DNA from: Ptychomitrium polyphyllum
Taxonomy: Eukaryota
Direction: 5' to 3'
DNA: 64,000 nt
Assembly: GCA_973851085.1 (NCBI GenBank)
Contig: OZ316775.1
Span: 6,820,001 to 6,884,000 of the forward strand
Notes under the pieces: generated by a model
The model's database searches: none
What the model was told of the DNA's origin: nothing
Seen by the model: only the letters and a program-made list of their open reading frames with translations
Shown: positions 26,460-38,524 of the stretch, piece by piece
Layout of the letters: every line of letters starts with the position of its first letter
How positions within the stretch are numbered: the stretch's first letter is position 1
Position numbers and translations under genes: made by a program

Positions 26460-28333
26460 AATGCCATGATTAGCGCGGCTGAACAAACGCCCTCCCCTCC
26501 CGAGGCAAGAGGCGCCGATGGCCGCACCGGAAGAGCCTGTCTCGAGAAAGGAAAATATCGGACGGCCCCGATCGGCCGATGGCTTGACAATGGCCGCTCC
26601 CGTCCGCACGGTTCTGTTTCCCTAATACGGGAACAGCACCCTCGCGCCGTCGGATCCGCATCGTACGGCGCACAGAGACGTACCGTAAGGCAGGGGGGAG
26701 AACAGGGGGGGAGACGAGAGAGGGCAGTCGCAGTGGAGCAGGAGTGTAGTGGTAGAGCAGTGAATGCCAAGCCATAGCCAAGGACACGCTGCACGCCACG
26801 CTTGCTCTTGCGCTGCCGGACGGGCCGCAGTCGCAGTGGCCGCAGAGCAGCACCAGCAGCGGCACTTTCACCTTCGTCTCGCCTGTTTTCATTCCCAGGT
26901 TCTTGTTCTGCTCTTCTTTCTGGTTTCTCATTGTGTGGTTGCTGGGAGGATGCAGCTGAGTTCGGAGGTGAGGTGAGGTGAGGTGAGGTGAGGTTTGTTT
27001 GCGATTTTTTTGGAGTGAGGTCGTGTCGGTGGTCGAGGCCGGGGATTGGAGGGAGCGTGGTTACTTGCAGGTCGGTGTTAGGTCTACGGGGAGCTTCGTC
27101 AATTTGGACCGGTTTTCGGGGTTCTTGTGCCCTAAGTTGGTGGCGCTTTGGGGGGATCGTTTATGTTTACTTGTCAGGTGGATTGGAGTGCTTTTTGAGA
27201 GGAGATTGTTCTTCCTGCATTTGCAATGAGGGTGGAGATTAGGGAGCTTTTAATTGACGAGAGTATGGAGTGAGTTGTAGATTCGACGAGTTTGGAGATG
27301 TGAGAGGGGAGCAGCTGGCAATTTGTAGCGGTTTTCCAGAGGTTTCAGAATTTGGAAGTCAACTTGGACGTGTTGTTTTGCGGTTCAGTTGACACGCTGG
27401 TTAGTTGGAAGAATTCACCACATTCTGTGCTTGCTGTGTGAAGTCATCGGAATGCCGTTCTCATCTCGCAGCCATTTGTGCCACCAGTCGCATGTAAATA
27501 GTTTAACTTCGAGGTTTTGAAAATTTCTCAGTCCGAAATGCGCAATATTGTAGCTCCTGCGTTCATTAAAATCTAAGGAATCACAGGTAGAATATATCCA
27601 ATGATTCTGAACTACTCCGCAAAGACACGTAGAAGCTTTCTAACTCAATACTTTCTTCCAAACACGGAGACTCCTAATACTCACACAAGCGAATTCCGTT
27701 ACAGGCCAAATTGCGGTCAGAATTATAGAACCAACACCACACTCCAAGTACAAGCTTAGGACTTTCATTCCTTAATTCCTTCATTCCTTTTGCTTAAAGG
27801 AATTAATTTCTAGGATCAAAAGCAAACTTCGCCAAACACTCTGGTTAAAACTTTCTGCTCGATTGCGCGCAGCAACAACGATTACGTCGTCCTAGTGGTG
27901 CTTCGACGTCACCCGAACTCTTGTCAGATATACCACTTTCTACGTTTGCTCACGTCTGAAAACTATTAGCGACCCCTTGGTCTTCCTGATTACTTTGTAG
28001 CAGTACTCATCTCCTTAGTGTTGCATGTCGGACAAGCATGGGTGTGAGGGAAAGTTCGGCTGAGGGCCTCCGATTCGAAATATGACCTAACAGGCTGAGC
28101 TATTTGCAGAGATTGGAGGCGTGCAGCTTGGACATCAAGTTGACATCGAAGAAATTCGAAGAACAGCAGATTGCTTGTACCAAGACGCCTACCTTCTAGG
28201 ATACAGGCAGGTTTTGATTGCACTTGGCAACATATCGGTGACGACCAAGAGACGCGAGGTGGACGGTCAATGCTTAACATTTGCGATCGCGCTGATGAAA
28301 TGTGAATAGTAGTGAAAGTGAGTGTACAGGGGA
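26460..28333 (+). promoter_or_regulatory. Promoter, noncoding first exon, leader intron and 5' UTR of Pumilio copy A
   Basis: GC-rich block at about 26460-26970, donor-like GAG|GTGAG at 26968, and acceptor CTGATTACTTTGTAG ending at 28000. Short motifs and the leader exon are shared, in diverged form, with the region upstream of copy B. Confidence 0.6.
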
Positions 28334-30037
28334 ATGGCGACAGAGAGCCCTATCAGGGTGATGGCAGGAGGGGTAAGGAGGAACGTGGGAGGGCTTGCAG
28401 ACGGCTTGAGGGCCGAGAACGGAAGCTCGCAGACTCTGGATGGAATGACCGAGTTGGGCCGCCTTCTGAAAGGGCGGACCCGGTTCGACAACATCTTGAA
28501 TTCGGGGCACGTACCGCAGCGGAGCGGCAGCGCCCCCCCCAGCGTGGAGGGGTCACTGGCGGCGATGGGTGGGCTGTTCGACATGCCGACGAGCCCGAAG
28601 GGCGGGCGCGGCTTGAGCGCCCAGTCGGGAGGCGACGACGTTTTGGATGCGGAGGAAGCGCAGCGCGCGGATCCCGAGTATCTGGTGTACTACTACAGCA
28701 ACATCAACCTGAATCCGAGGCTGCCCCCGCCGCTGATATCGTGGGACAATTATCGACTGGCACAGAGGCTGCAATCGGGATTGGGAGCCGGCGGGTACGG
28801 GGACAAGAAGAAGCTGCGGTCGATGGACGACAGCAGCAGCAGGTCGTTGTTTTCGAGCCAGCCGGTGTTGCCGACACACAGGGAGGAGCCGGAGGCTGCA
28901 GAGGAGGAGAGCTCAGCGAACTCGCCGATGGGCGCCCTGGCGAGAACGGCGTCGAGCGACTGGGCAGAGAGGGGGGATGGTTTCATGGGGCTGTCGTCGG
29001 GACTGGGGCCCCGCCCTAAGAGCCTGGTGGATCTGATTCAGGTACATGAGCTAGTGGTGCAGGCGGCTGTAGGGCTGGATGGACGAGTCGGTGTGTTGGT
29101 GCTTGAGTGGTTGGTTAGGGTTGTGGGGAGAGGTTCCGGGTGAGGCGTGGTGATAGTGGTAGTGGCATAGGAGTGGAGGGTGAGTTCTGTGGCGTGAGGC
29201 GGAGCGGAGGGGCGAGGAACGCCTCCCGGAAGGTGGGGATTGGCGACGGCGGTGTACGTAGTGGTATCGAGCAAAATGGTGGATGGAGTGGTATCTGAGA
29301 ATGTGCACATGTGGGACGTTGGCAGGAGGATTTCCCGCGAACGCCGTCTCCCGTGTACCACCTGTCTCGGTCGTCGAGCCGAGCGGCGAACGACGAGAAC
29401 GAGGCCGCGGCGGCGGTGTTGGAGCTGCAACTGGCTCATCTGCGGGAGTCGGCCCCGGGGGAGGCGAGTGGCGCGGGAGGTGGCACGGGATCCCGGTCGA
29501 CGACTCCCATTCCCGGAGGGTCGAATCTGCACCAGTCTTCGGGTCCCGCGGCTCCCGTGCCAAGGATTCCGACACCGGAGATTTCGCTGGGCGGCAATGT
29601 TCGCTCCGCGAGTCCGAGCCTGGCGAGGATGGGCGGGCCACCAGGTACAGCGTGTCTGCCTGTTGCGTGGAATGTGCATGCGCGGAGTGGTGGGTGCAAG
29701 AGGAGGGCGGGGCGGGGTTGTGTGTTTTCGTGCATTGGTGATGTGGGAGTGGAGGCGGAGGTTGAGGAGGGGAAAGTTGGGCTGACGTTGTGAGATGAGG
29801 GGGCGGGGTTGTGACATCAGGGCCTTCGGGAGGAAGCATGGGGTTCCAGGGCTCGGATGGAAGGAGCATGGGGCTGGGTCGGGCCGCGAGTGCAAGCGCC
29901 GCGGATTTCGCCCACGCACTGCAGATGAACAGGTCGGCGAGTGCGAGCAATGCGGATCTGGTAGCAGTGATGCAAGGGTTGAGTATGTCGGACGTGCAGG
30001 GATCGACGAGTGCAATGGACGAGAGGGAGCTGCAACA

Positions 30038-30069
<32 letters not shown>

Positions 30070-33000
30070 TTCAGCAACAACAACAACTGCAGCAGCAGCA
30101 GCAGGAGCAACAGCAGGTGCGGCTTCAGCAGCAGCAGCAGCAGCAGCAGCAACGGCAGCAGCAGCAGCAGCGGGCCCAAATAGCTGCTCAGGCACAGGCA
30201 GCTCAGGTGAGTTGCAGTGACGGTGTTGTTGAGCATTGGAGGGAGAATGGGGCGGGCGGGTGTGGGAGGTGTAGAGAGCGCACATGGGTGGTGTGATGGC
30301 GCGGTGCAGTGTCGTGTTTGAGTGCTGCGTGAGTGTGTTGGGGGTTCACCTGAGACGCATTGCGCGACGTGTTGTTTGGTCCAGGCATTGGCGTACTCTC
30401 AGGCTTTGCAGCAGCAGCAGCAGCAGCAGCAGCTGTATTCGGGCGTGGAGTCTGGATTCCGTGGTCAGGCGAAGTTCGGGGTGCCCGGCATGGCAGGCCA
30501 ACAAGGTCAAGCGGCGGGTCTGCAAGGCAACACAAGCCCGGCGAACATGTACGCTGCGGCAGCGGCTGCAATGTACATGGCGCAGCAGAACCCGTACTAT
30601 GCGAACATGAACTCTGCAGCAGCCGTTTATGGGCCGCAGTATGGGCTGGGTGGTTACCCCGTGAACCCTGCGATGCTGGCCCCGATGATGGCCGGGTACC
30701 CGCCTCCGGTGTTCGATCCGGCAACTGCGGCTGCGCTTGCGAGCATGGGCGTGAGAGGCGGCGTGCCGGGTTCTCCTGGGCAGTCCGGCGTGGATTTGCA
30801 GAATCTGTACAAGTACGGGAGTGGAGCGTCAGCGCAGATGCACGATCCTATTTATTTGCAGTACCTGCGGGCGGCGGAGGAGGCACGCGCGGCCGCTCTG
30901 GACCCGTCTCTGTTGAGGAGCTACATGGGGGGAGGCCATGTGGACATGGCGGAGCTGCAGAAGAACCAGCTGAGCGCGATGCTGGGGTACAGCGCGGAGC
31001 AGAAGGCGCAGTTTGCGAGGACGGGGTCGATGGGAATCCCGATCTCGAGCCAGAAGAGCGGATCGGTGAGCCCAGCTTACTACGGCAGTCCTCCGGGAGT
31101 GGGGATGGTGGCGTTCAACAACTCGCCCCTGACGAGCCCCGTGCTGCCGGGGTCGCCGGTGGGGGCGGGGAGCTTCGGAGTGCGGCGGGACGAGCGCAGC
31201 ATGCGGCTGTCGGCGGGATCGAGGACGAGCTCTGGGAACGCGGGATCCGGTGGCGGCGGGGCGTATGCAGGGTGGCAGGGGCAGAAGTCGAGCGAGTCGA
31301 CAGAGGAGGTGCGGGGGTCGACGCTACTGGAGGAGTTCAAGAACAGCAAGACCCGGCGGTTCGAGCTGTCGGACATTGCGGGGCACGTGGTGGAGTTCAG
31401 GTATGGGTGGGCGGGGCGCGGGAATGGAGCAGTGCAGTGGTGAAGTGGGGTGGGGTTGGGTGAGAATGGTGGAGGATGGAGGATGGGGCTTGATGAGTTT
31501 GCGTGTGGTAGAGACGTTGTGGAGGGGTTGTGGGAGGGAGGCGAGCGTGAGTGATGACAGGGATGTTTGCGTTGGAGTGCAGTGCGGATCAGCACGGGAG
31601 CAGGTTCATTCAGCAGAAGCTGGAGACGGCGACTCCGGAGGACAAGAACATGGTGTTCCAGGAGGTGCTTCCGCGAGGTCTGACGCTGATGACGGACGTG
31701 TTCGGCAACTACGTGATCCAGAAGGTAGGAGGGGTGGGGAGCGGGAGGTGTGTGTGAGCAGTGGGCGTGCAGGCGGACATGTGGCGGGAGGGGGTGGGGC
31801 GGGCGTGGCAGGTGGTTGCGGCGGGGGCGGTGTTTGGTTTGGGAGGTGTGGGAGGCTGACATGTTGTGTGGCTGCGGCAGTTTTTCGAGCACGGCACCCA
31901 GCAGCAGAGGAGGGAGCTGGCGAGCGAGTTGGTGGGGCATGTGCTGGTGCTGAGTTTGCAGATGTACGGGTGCAGGGTGATTCAGAAGGTAGGGCGCGTC
32001 CGGGGTGGAGTGGGATGGGCGGATGGGAGCGTGGTTGACGAGAGCTGAGAGGGCACGGGGAGTGGGGCGGGGAGGGTGGGTGGTTTTGGGTGCGTGATGG
32101 GGGGAGCTGACCCGCGTGTGTGGGACGTGGGCAGGCACTGGAGGTGGTGGACGTGGATCAGCAGACGCAGCTGGTGTCGGAGCTGGACGGGCATGTGATG
32201 CGGTGCGTGCGGGACCAGAACGGGAACCACGTGATCCAGAAGTGCATCGAGTGCGTGCCGCCGGACAAGATCCATTTTATAATCTCGGCGTTCTACAACC
32301 AGGTGGTGACACTGTCGACGCATCCTTATGGATGCCGGGTGATACAGGTAGACGGGCCTGCCCTCTGGCACGGTGCGGCGGGGTTCTGGTTTTATGGATT
32401 GGGATGGGCGGCGTTGTTGGTGTTCCGGGTCGGAGGGGCTAGATGCGGTGTGCGTCGCTGAGCGTGCGATGTGATGTTTGTTGGGGGTGTGGGCGGATTC
32501 AGAGGGTCCTGGAGCACTGCACGGACGAGCAGAAGCAGAAGGGGATCATGGAGGAGATTTTGCGTTCGACATGTGCTCTCGCCCAAGATCAGTATGGCAA
32601 TTACGTTGTGCAGGTCCGTGTGGTGCAGTTTGGGGTGGGCGTTTGTGGGTGGGGGGGTGGGAGTGCAAGGCTGGCGCTGGAGATTGGTCGTGTGGTGGAT
32701 GTTATGTCGGGGCGTAGCGGAGTGAGAGCATGGTTGTGAGAGGGTAGTGGTGATTGTGGTGGGTGGCATTGGAAGTTGCGAATGCCAGAGGGCGTTGCAG
32801 TGCCGCGGGGTATGTGTGTGTGTGTATGTGTGTGTGGGGGGGTGGGGGCGGATGATGCATTTGCTAACGTTTGGACGCACGCGGTGGTTGTTGGACGATG
32901 ATTCAGCATGTGCTGGAGCACGGGCGGGATGACGAACGAAGGGAGATCATAACGAAGCTGGCGGGGCAAATTGTACAAATGAGCCAACACAAGTTTGCGT

Positions 33001-33745
33001 CGAACGTGGTGGAGAAATGCCTGGAGTATGGCGGTCCTGTGGAGCGGCAGATTCTGATCGATGAGATGCTTGGGCTGACCGACGAGAACGAGCCACTGCA
33101 GGTACGAGCTGAGGTTGGGTGGTGGGTGCTGGCTTGCGAGGGCCCGGACGATGGCGGAAAGCCACGCGATTGGGCCGTCGGGGTGGCGGGGCGGAGTTTT
33201 GGGTTGGAGTGGGGAGTAGGGAGGCGGAGGGATGGGTTCGTAGTGTGGAGGTCGAGAGGTGCGTGGGATGAGCAGCGGGTGTGTGGTAGTTGCCGGGGCC
33301 GGGTGGATATCGGGTGTGCAGATGGGTGACCTGGGGGGTACGCGGGGTTTTGCAGGCGATGATGAAGGACCAGTTCGCGAACTACGTGGTCCAGAAGGTC
33401 CTGGAGACGTGCGACGAGTCGCAGCGCGAGCTGCTGCTGGGCCGCATCCGGGTGCACCTGCATGCGCTGAAGAAGTACACGTATGGCAAGCACATTGTTG
33501 CGCGGGTGGAGAAGCTTGTGGCTGCCGGTGGTGAGTGGCGTGTTCCCATTGGCGGCAGAGTGACGCGCAGCGAGGGTTGGTGGAGTGCGAGGCGACGTGA
33601 TGATGTGTCTTGTGCGTGGGTGTGAGTTGGTGAGCAGGAGGGGTGGGCAGTGGGCGAGGTGGGGTCGTTGTCTGACGGGCGTTGCGTGTGTGTGTGTGCA
33701 GAGAGGCGGAGCGCTGCGTACATGGCGCACAACTCGGGCGCGTGA
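28334..33745 (+). CDS. PUM: Pumilio/PUF RNA-binding protein (APUM1-6 type), copy A, 11 coding exons, about 1138 aa
   Basis: Exons 28334-29041, 29326-29644, 29821-30206, 30385-31400, 31583-31724, 31881-31988, 32135-32347, 32503-32613, 32907-33101, 33356-33530, 33702-33745 (3417 nt, all GT-AG, phases consistent). N-terminal motifs [28 protein letters not shown] and [19 protein letters not shown]. Eight PUF repeats run from [15 protein letters not shown] to [15 protein letters not shown], followed by [16 protein letters not shown]. Confidence 0.96.
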
Positions 33746-36700
33746 GCGTGAGGCGGGGGCGTGGGACGATGGTGGGTTTTCTGAGAGGCGGGAGGGTGTC
33801 TCATCGCGGCGCGTCGTGGAGGACGAGAGGCGAGCGCGCTTCCGGTGGCGTTCCGTGGCGACATGGAAGAGGTGGTGGGTCGTCGAGGTGGCGATGGAGG
33901 GCAGGTGGTCCAGCGGGGAGAGGGCAACCGTGAGCAGTAAATAGTGTAATCGTGTAGGATTGTATTCAGCTTGTGTTTGAAGGTCGGGGAGAGGGGCGGG
34001 GCAAGCGGTATCGCAGGTCGCACCGGCATGTAAGTTATTTGGTGCGGATTGGTGTCGGTAGTGGGTTGTACGTACGAGCAGGAGCTCTATATATTGGGGG
34101 TCGGGAGCGGCGGGAGAAGTGCCGGCGCTCCGGGGTCTGGGGACCCAGCCCTGGTCTCTCCCTGGTAGTGTGTGATTTCAGGTGGGACGGTCGGACATGG
34201 GACAGTGTGAATGGGTAGGGGGCAACGTTAGACTCGTGTGAAGAGAAGGAAAGGGTCGAGGCAGGAGTTAGCTGTAACGGGCGTGTATAAAGAGCAAGCG
34301 TCCTTCGTTCCAAAGTGTACAGACTGGCATGTGTAGGTCTCGTGGCAAGACGTTGGTTTTGAAGGATCGGAGGGGGGTTTGTGGGAGGGCCCCTTCCTTT
34401 CTTGCTAGTGCTGCTACGGAAGGTTAGTTCTCTGTGCAGCTATTGCGCCAGGGCCCTCATGATGTAAATAGGGCCCCTTCAATTGCAAGGGCCAGCTGGC
34501 AATGTCTTTATTCTTTTTATCCCGGGCGTGAGGGTGGGGGTGGGGGGCGGTGTGGAGGACGGTCGTGTGTGGGCCCATGTGATTTGTGCGCGGTTCGGTG
34601 GCCCTGAAGGGGGCGCGGAGATCCTGGCGTTCCCAGGCTGTGGTCTGTCCGCGCACGAACGGGAACGCATTGGGCCGTGGAGTGTGCCTGTTGGGAATGG
34701 TGGATTGTGGTGAGTTTTGTACGCGAGGTGCGGAGTTTTGAGTTTGCGTGCAGGCGGCCATATTGGTTGGTGTTTTGTAAGTGGTGCCGATGTTTCCCCA
34801 GAATTCTGTCAGTGGCGACCACGATGCAAGTGTTCCACCCTGCCAGAGCTTCCAAGAAGCATGTTGCAGAGGATGTGAGATGTGGATGTCGGAGATGGTC
34901 GCTGCTAGCTAGAACGAAGTGATGATTTGGAGTAGAGGGGAAGGGCCGCGTGTAGGAGATGTGAGTGCGTGCAAGAGGTGTCTTGTGAGGTGCATTGTTA
35001 GGGACGTGGAAGGAAGCGGAAGGGTTTTGGATTCGGATGGGTTGTGGATTCGGATGGGTTGGCAGGAGGAGGCTAGAGTTTATGCTTGTATGGTGTGTAA
35101 AAGAAGAGCGTTGCAAAAAGGACGTGGGTAGCTGATGAGAGATGGGCCTTGGTGTGTGGATGAGGGTGTATGCTGTCGTGGATGTAGTTGGACATGTGCT
35201 GTGTCATGTGCGTCAGAACGAAATGCTGGACGCTTACAATGGATGCAAGTGGAGGGCGTCGTGGTTGGATGGAGGCGAAGGTGAGCATGGGGCGTCGTTG
35301 GCAGCACGATGGCGTTGAGGTTTTGTTTGGCATGATGTGAGTGATTATGGTTGGGCGTGGGTGAGGAGCGATGGCGGCGTGTTTGTGTTTGTAGAGGGTA
35401 GATGGGTGGGGATGGTTGTGTTCCTATGGGCAAGTATATTGTACGATGCGAATAGGGCTCATTGTGGATGGCGTTGCGTTGGTATTTATGAGCACACAAA
35501 TATACTCCATGGCTTGCATTGCCATATTTGTCCATTTCGTTGGTGCAACGTCTTGGGACAAAGGCGAAGTGGAAGGCCGTGAGTTGGAGTTGGGAGTTTG
35601 TGGATGCCCGATTTTGGGGAGTTTGGGGTGCAAGTTTTGTGGTTGTTCTAGATACACGTGAAAGGAATTGGAACAATAGCATGGAAGTTTGTTTTGAGTT
35701 TGGGAGGCTAGTCACATGTGTGAATGAAAGGAGTCATCAATGTGGAGAGTTTTGTGACCCATTTGTTCTTGGACAGAGGACTGCTGCTCATGCAAGTAGT
35801 GGAGTACAGTGTTGGTAGTACTTTGTTAATAGTGTATAGTTAGTGTTGTTAGTTTTGTTTTAGATTTTGTGGATGCTTCTTTTTGGTGGGTACAATGTGT
35901 TCAACATGTATTGATATGATTGTAGGTACCATGTTCATGGACGTTGCAGACGGATTGGATACGTGTGATGAAAACGAAATGTAATATCAAGAAACTGAGA
36001 AGTTTGAATTCAAAGGTCATTTTGCCATTTGTTTATCAAAGTTTGGATCATTGGTGAAATTTGGACTTGTAGGTTGGTACGTTGACTTTTGTGTTTTGTA
36101 ACATTTGAATGATGTTATTGTTTTTGCAAGAGTTTGTAAGTTGGATTTTGAGATTTGTAGCATTATATCATCAATGCAACTTTTTGATTTTTGAGATCAT
36201 ATAGAGGTTTGTATAGGAAGTGGGAAGCAAGGTTTTATGAGCATATGTGAAGCATTAGAAGTTTGTTCATACTTCATGAGCAATGTGATTGTATGGGTTC
36301 AATGGACGTGTGCTAGAGGTGCATGAGTTGTAAATTCACACGATGTTTAGAGTCCTCAAAGTAAGGTGTGAATAGTGACCATTTCATTTCATACTAAAAG
36401 AACATGCGTATTGATAAAATATTCATTACATTTAGGCGTAATGAACTTTGTGTACAACCTTTGAATGCAAGATTGAATATTGATATGCCTTTTGAAGAAA
36501 AATGAGAGGTTTGAATTTCCAAATAATATCCATGGTCCTCAACTGCAATTAGCTAATTGATTGTAGTAAGAACATTGTCAACTACAATTGTTGTTGTAAT
36601 CTGCATTATGTCAATTTTTGTAGTCTATCCTTTCAGTGAGTGAATAGTCCAAACTTTTCATCAAGAATGTGGGAATGTTTTTCTGTTCAAATTGTAGCCC

Positions 36701-38524
36701 AAAATCTGCCAATGTTTAGAAAGTATGCGAGTTCCACTACTAAGCACCACTGGGACTCGGACGGTAGTGGCTTCCATAGACTTGAAATGAAATTCTACTG
36801 TCAATTTTGACCGCAGCTTTCCCGAAGACTACTATCGGGGTAACTATGTCAAGAATTTGGAGAGTTAACCTCACATCTCGACCAACACAGGACCATGTAA
36901 GGATCAAATTTGCTTAAGTCTATCAGAGAAACGCCCAATTTCCACACAATATCACCAAAACACCAAATGTCGAAAGTATTATAACTCGGTGCAAATGTCA
37001 AGCCTGATCACTGGTACTAGACGTCACAGCTCATCCTAACGTATAATCTACCGAAGAAGATTGAACGGCAGAACCCAAGGGGTTGGAAGCCAGGGCTCTC
37101 GATCGTCATTGAAGCATTGACCCATTGCAAAGATCTCGTACAGTATATACCACTAAACGCAATTAAGACACCGAAAACTGCTCCATACCAACATCCCATC
37201 ACTATAGTTTTACAACTAATCGTAATCATTTCCAGACACTCAAAGTCCAACTATCTTCTAGATCCAATAAGCAAGAAGTAATCCCACTCAACCCTTCCCT
37301 TGAATCACATCGAACGCCAGCCAGCTCTGCTCGTCACCTCATGACTGGAAACCAGCAGAATGAAAAAAGGAGAATGCTGGCTTTCAGCCGCCAAACAACC
37401 AATGGTATCGAGAGCTCTCAGACAATCTCTACACTAGTATTTACTTCTTGCCTCGTAACTTCACGCCAAGAATACGTTCCAACTTTGCAATGATCTGCTG
37501 GTTCGGAATTGCTTTCCCTGACTCGTACTCTTGAACAATCTGTGGCTTCTCGTTGATCAGCTGCATCGCCAAGCGCCACACTCAATACCTCCAACCGACA
37601 CCAGAACGAATCTCCAAAGCTGACCAACTACCTCATGTGGAGTCAAATCACTTCACACTAGGCTTGCTACATCCTCAACAACACCTCTCTGTGTATACTA
37701 GCAATCCCCAAAACCAGATTGCGCCACGTACCAGGCGGCGTGTGCTCTGGACTGCCATTCAAGCCGGCCTGTTACCCGTAGTCCTGGATACGATACAACC
37801 CAAGAGACGCAGACTGTGTGCGCTGAAAAATCACAAATACCCTTATCGCCTACAGGAATAACGAGACACACCTGCGCAAGTTGGGCTTGTGTCAGCTTCT
37901 TGTCCAACCGCGCCTGCATGATGTTCTTCTTCAGTTCTCCTGATACTTTCTCGTCTGTTCCAAAACCGGGTTGCAACGGTTCAGCACTGTTCCCGACCAG
38001 CTTTCCACGACCAAAACAACATGGACTACACCACCACTGCCCACCGCATTCAATGTGACAACAAACAACGGCCGGAGGGTAACATCAATTCCACACCACT
38101 CGCCGCACTATTAGCCTGCTCCAATCGCACTAATATCACAACCAAGCATCCCACCCATGCCCTCAGGTCTCACGATCATCACACATCACCAACGACAGCA
38201 ACAGCAACACAAAGTCAGCTGCGTCAGACGTTTGCACCGCACAGCAACTGACATTTACAAACAGCAGTCACAAGATGCAGTCGGATTGGTTCACTCACGA
38301 GCAAGGACGTCGGTCTCGTCATCCAGCCTTTTCGTGTTCAAACCGGTTGCACTCGTAGCTGCCTTGTTGGATCCGGCGTTGACTGCACACAGAGTCGTAG
38401 AACTAATCAGTGCCATAAAGCGACAACTTCAGGGAAACCCTCTGCCGTATCTTCTTTATCGCTGGTTCGCAGCATCGGCACCCAAAGGAGAAGAACAACA
38501 GTGATAACTGCGACCACTCATAGA
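28425..38524 (+). repeat. Left arm of a ~10.1-kb near-perfect inverted repeat
   Basis: Mirrored ORF translations in 47046-57115 with constant coordinate sums (85540 upstream of the polyQ, 85570 downstream). Spot checks of noncoding DNA (35821-35880, 36361-36420) are exact reverse complements. Confidence 0.97.
30033..30170 (+). repeat. Coding (CAG/CAA)n polyglutamine tracts in Pumilio A exon 3
   Basis: Q12-L-Q5-L-Q5-E-Q3-VRL-Q9-R-Q5 read directly from the sequence. Confidence 0.95.

Noticed and set aside
28000..35800. Many long alternative-frame and antisense ORFs (up to 415 aa), mirrored at 49750-57550
   Set aside because: By-products of high GC, G-skew and CAG repeats overlapping the spliced Pumilio gene. 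They are low-complexity with no recognisable domains.
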